DNA from: the human T2T-CHM13v2.0 reference genome, Homo sapiens | Length of the DNA: 64,000 nucleotides | NCBI RefSeq assembly: GCF_009914755.1 | Contig: NC_060941.1 | Reading direction: 5' to 3' (one strand) | Shown: positions 62,600-64,000 of the stretch, piece after piece | Numbering within the stretch: position 1 is the stretch's first letter | How the letters are laid out: each line of letters begins with the position of its first letter | Notes under the pieces: generated by a model | Seen by the model: the letters and a program-made list of their open reading frames with translations, nothing else | What the model was told of the DNA's origin: nothing | The model's database searches: none | Program-made: the position numbers and the translations under genes

Positions 62600-63700
62600 G
62601 GAGCTCTGGGAAGCCAGGCAGCGCCCTGCTCAGCAGGTGGCCATGTCCTGTGAGTCAAGGGGGCTGGGGTCCCTCTGGTCACCTGCTCCTCTTCACCCAG
62701 TTCCCCATCAGTGGGACATCTGCACGGCTCACTGTACAGGGGCCAGACTCAAGAGCAGATGAAAGAGAGAAGGCGGTCAATGTTTTCGCAACGGAGTAGG
62801 ACAAACAGTACCCGGAGTCGTGCAACTTTCTCCCTGAAGCCAGGCTGCTGCGTCAGGCCACGTGCTGTCTTCCCCTGTTCTCAGGGCCCCCAGGCCCCCC
62901 TGCTTGTCTTCCCTTTCCTTTCCTGGCCGAGCCGCCCAGCTCAGCTGATGGGATGAGGCAGCGTCTCCTGGAGTCATCTTTTCACCCCGTGCGTGTGGAC
63001 TGAGAATGCTCCACTTGGCTTGTGCCCTGCAGGGGTGAGGAGAAACGGAACTGGGGCGGGGGCAGAGCAAAGCAGCCCTGCCTTCTCCCGAAGAAGAAGG
63101 GCACGAGTCAGACACCCCTGCTGTCTCTGAGTCCACAGCCTGGTCCAGGAGGCCTGGCTCTCCCAGCAGCCGCCTTCCCTTCTCCATGCCAGATCTGTTT
63201 CCTACCCAGGACAGAACCAACACCTTGTTTTTCCCCTAACTGACTGCTCCTCTGTCTGGAAAATCTTTTCTCGTTTTATTTGAAGAGCAGAACTGTTCCT
63301 TCCTCCCCCTTGGTGATGAGGAAACATTCTGTTGAATTTGGCATCCAGGCTCCTAGGAGACCTTGGTTGTTTGTAATTTGATGCTATCAGGTTGTTGCAT
63401 AACCTTTCCCGCTGGGAAGCAGTCTCTGCATCCTGGGCCTTCTGTCCAGTTTGGGGTCGGGGGTGGGGCGGGGAAAAGTCAGAGGTGCTGTGAGGTGACA
63501 GAGCAAGGGATAAGGGACTCTGGCTGTTGGCCCTGGCTGGGGACAGGGCCTGCTGATAGGGACCTAGAGGAAGTCAAACTGCGTCTCTTTCTGGGCCTTT
63601 GGCCACCAGGCTTGGTGGAATGTCCTCATCCCATACTCAGGGCCACCCCAGGCCAGCCGGAGTCCTGGGTCTGAATAGAGGCCAGGCCGCCCTGTGTTTC
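62600..63700. promoter_or_regulatory. Candidate intronic enhancer: GC-rich and repeat-poor
   Basis: AP-1 TGAGTCA 62651-62657, TGCGTCA 62849-62855, CACGTG 62859-62864, GC boxes at 63053 and 63465, G4 motif 63453-63473. Confidence 0.35.
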
Positions 63701-63946
63701 TAGAAAACGAGTACACTGTAGGCATCCTTGGCAAGGGGACATACTACACTTAGAAACAAAGCCTGCTTCTTTATTTTATTTTTGTAGAGACAGGGTCTCA
63801 CTCTGTTGCCCTGGCTGCAGTGCAGTGGTCTGATCATGGCTCACTGCAGCCTTGACCTCCGGGGCTCAAGCAATCCTCCTGCTTCAGCCTCCCTAGTAGC
63901 TTAGTAGCTGGGACTGCAGGTGTGTGCCACCATGCCTGGAACACTA

Positions 63947-63982
<36 letters not shown>

Positions 63983-64000
63983 GAGATGGAGCAGAGGGGT

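Overview
Human (primate) genomic DNA from the middle of ARSG (arylsulfatase G, lysosomal N-sulfoglucosamine-3-O-sulfatase, 17q24.2), on the + strand. Six internal coding exons (3-8 in the usual 12-exon numbering, about residues 73-328) have canonical AG/GT ends and splice in frame. They include the CSPSR formylglycine motif and the GKWHLG sulfatase signature. The start and stop exons lie outside the window. The rest is intron: roughly 55 Alu copies or fragments (about a quarter of the window, estimated by eye), a MER11 (HML-8) solo LTR, MaLR LTRs, DNA-transposon fossils, L1/L2/MIR fragments and microsatellites. All long non-ARSG ORFs in the track are repeat artefacts. Two observations stand out. 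(1) A cluster of locally templated duplications and fold-back scars (7.5-8.0, 10.6/13.4, 30.7, 33.1-33.3, 33.9, 42.8 and 56.7-56.9 kb), several with their donors inside the window. (2) A perfect CLEAR/TFEB palindrome next to a GC-rich, motif-dense segment of intron 8. I see no new gene or prokaryote-style system. Repeat subfamily names come from remembered consensus sequences and need RepeatMasker/Dfam confirmation.
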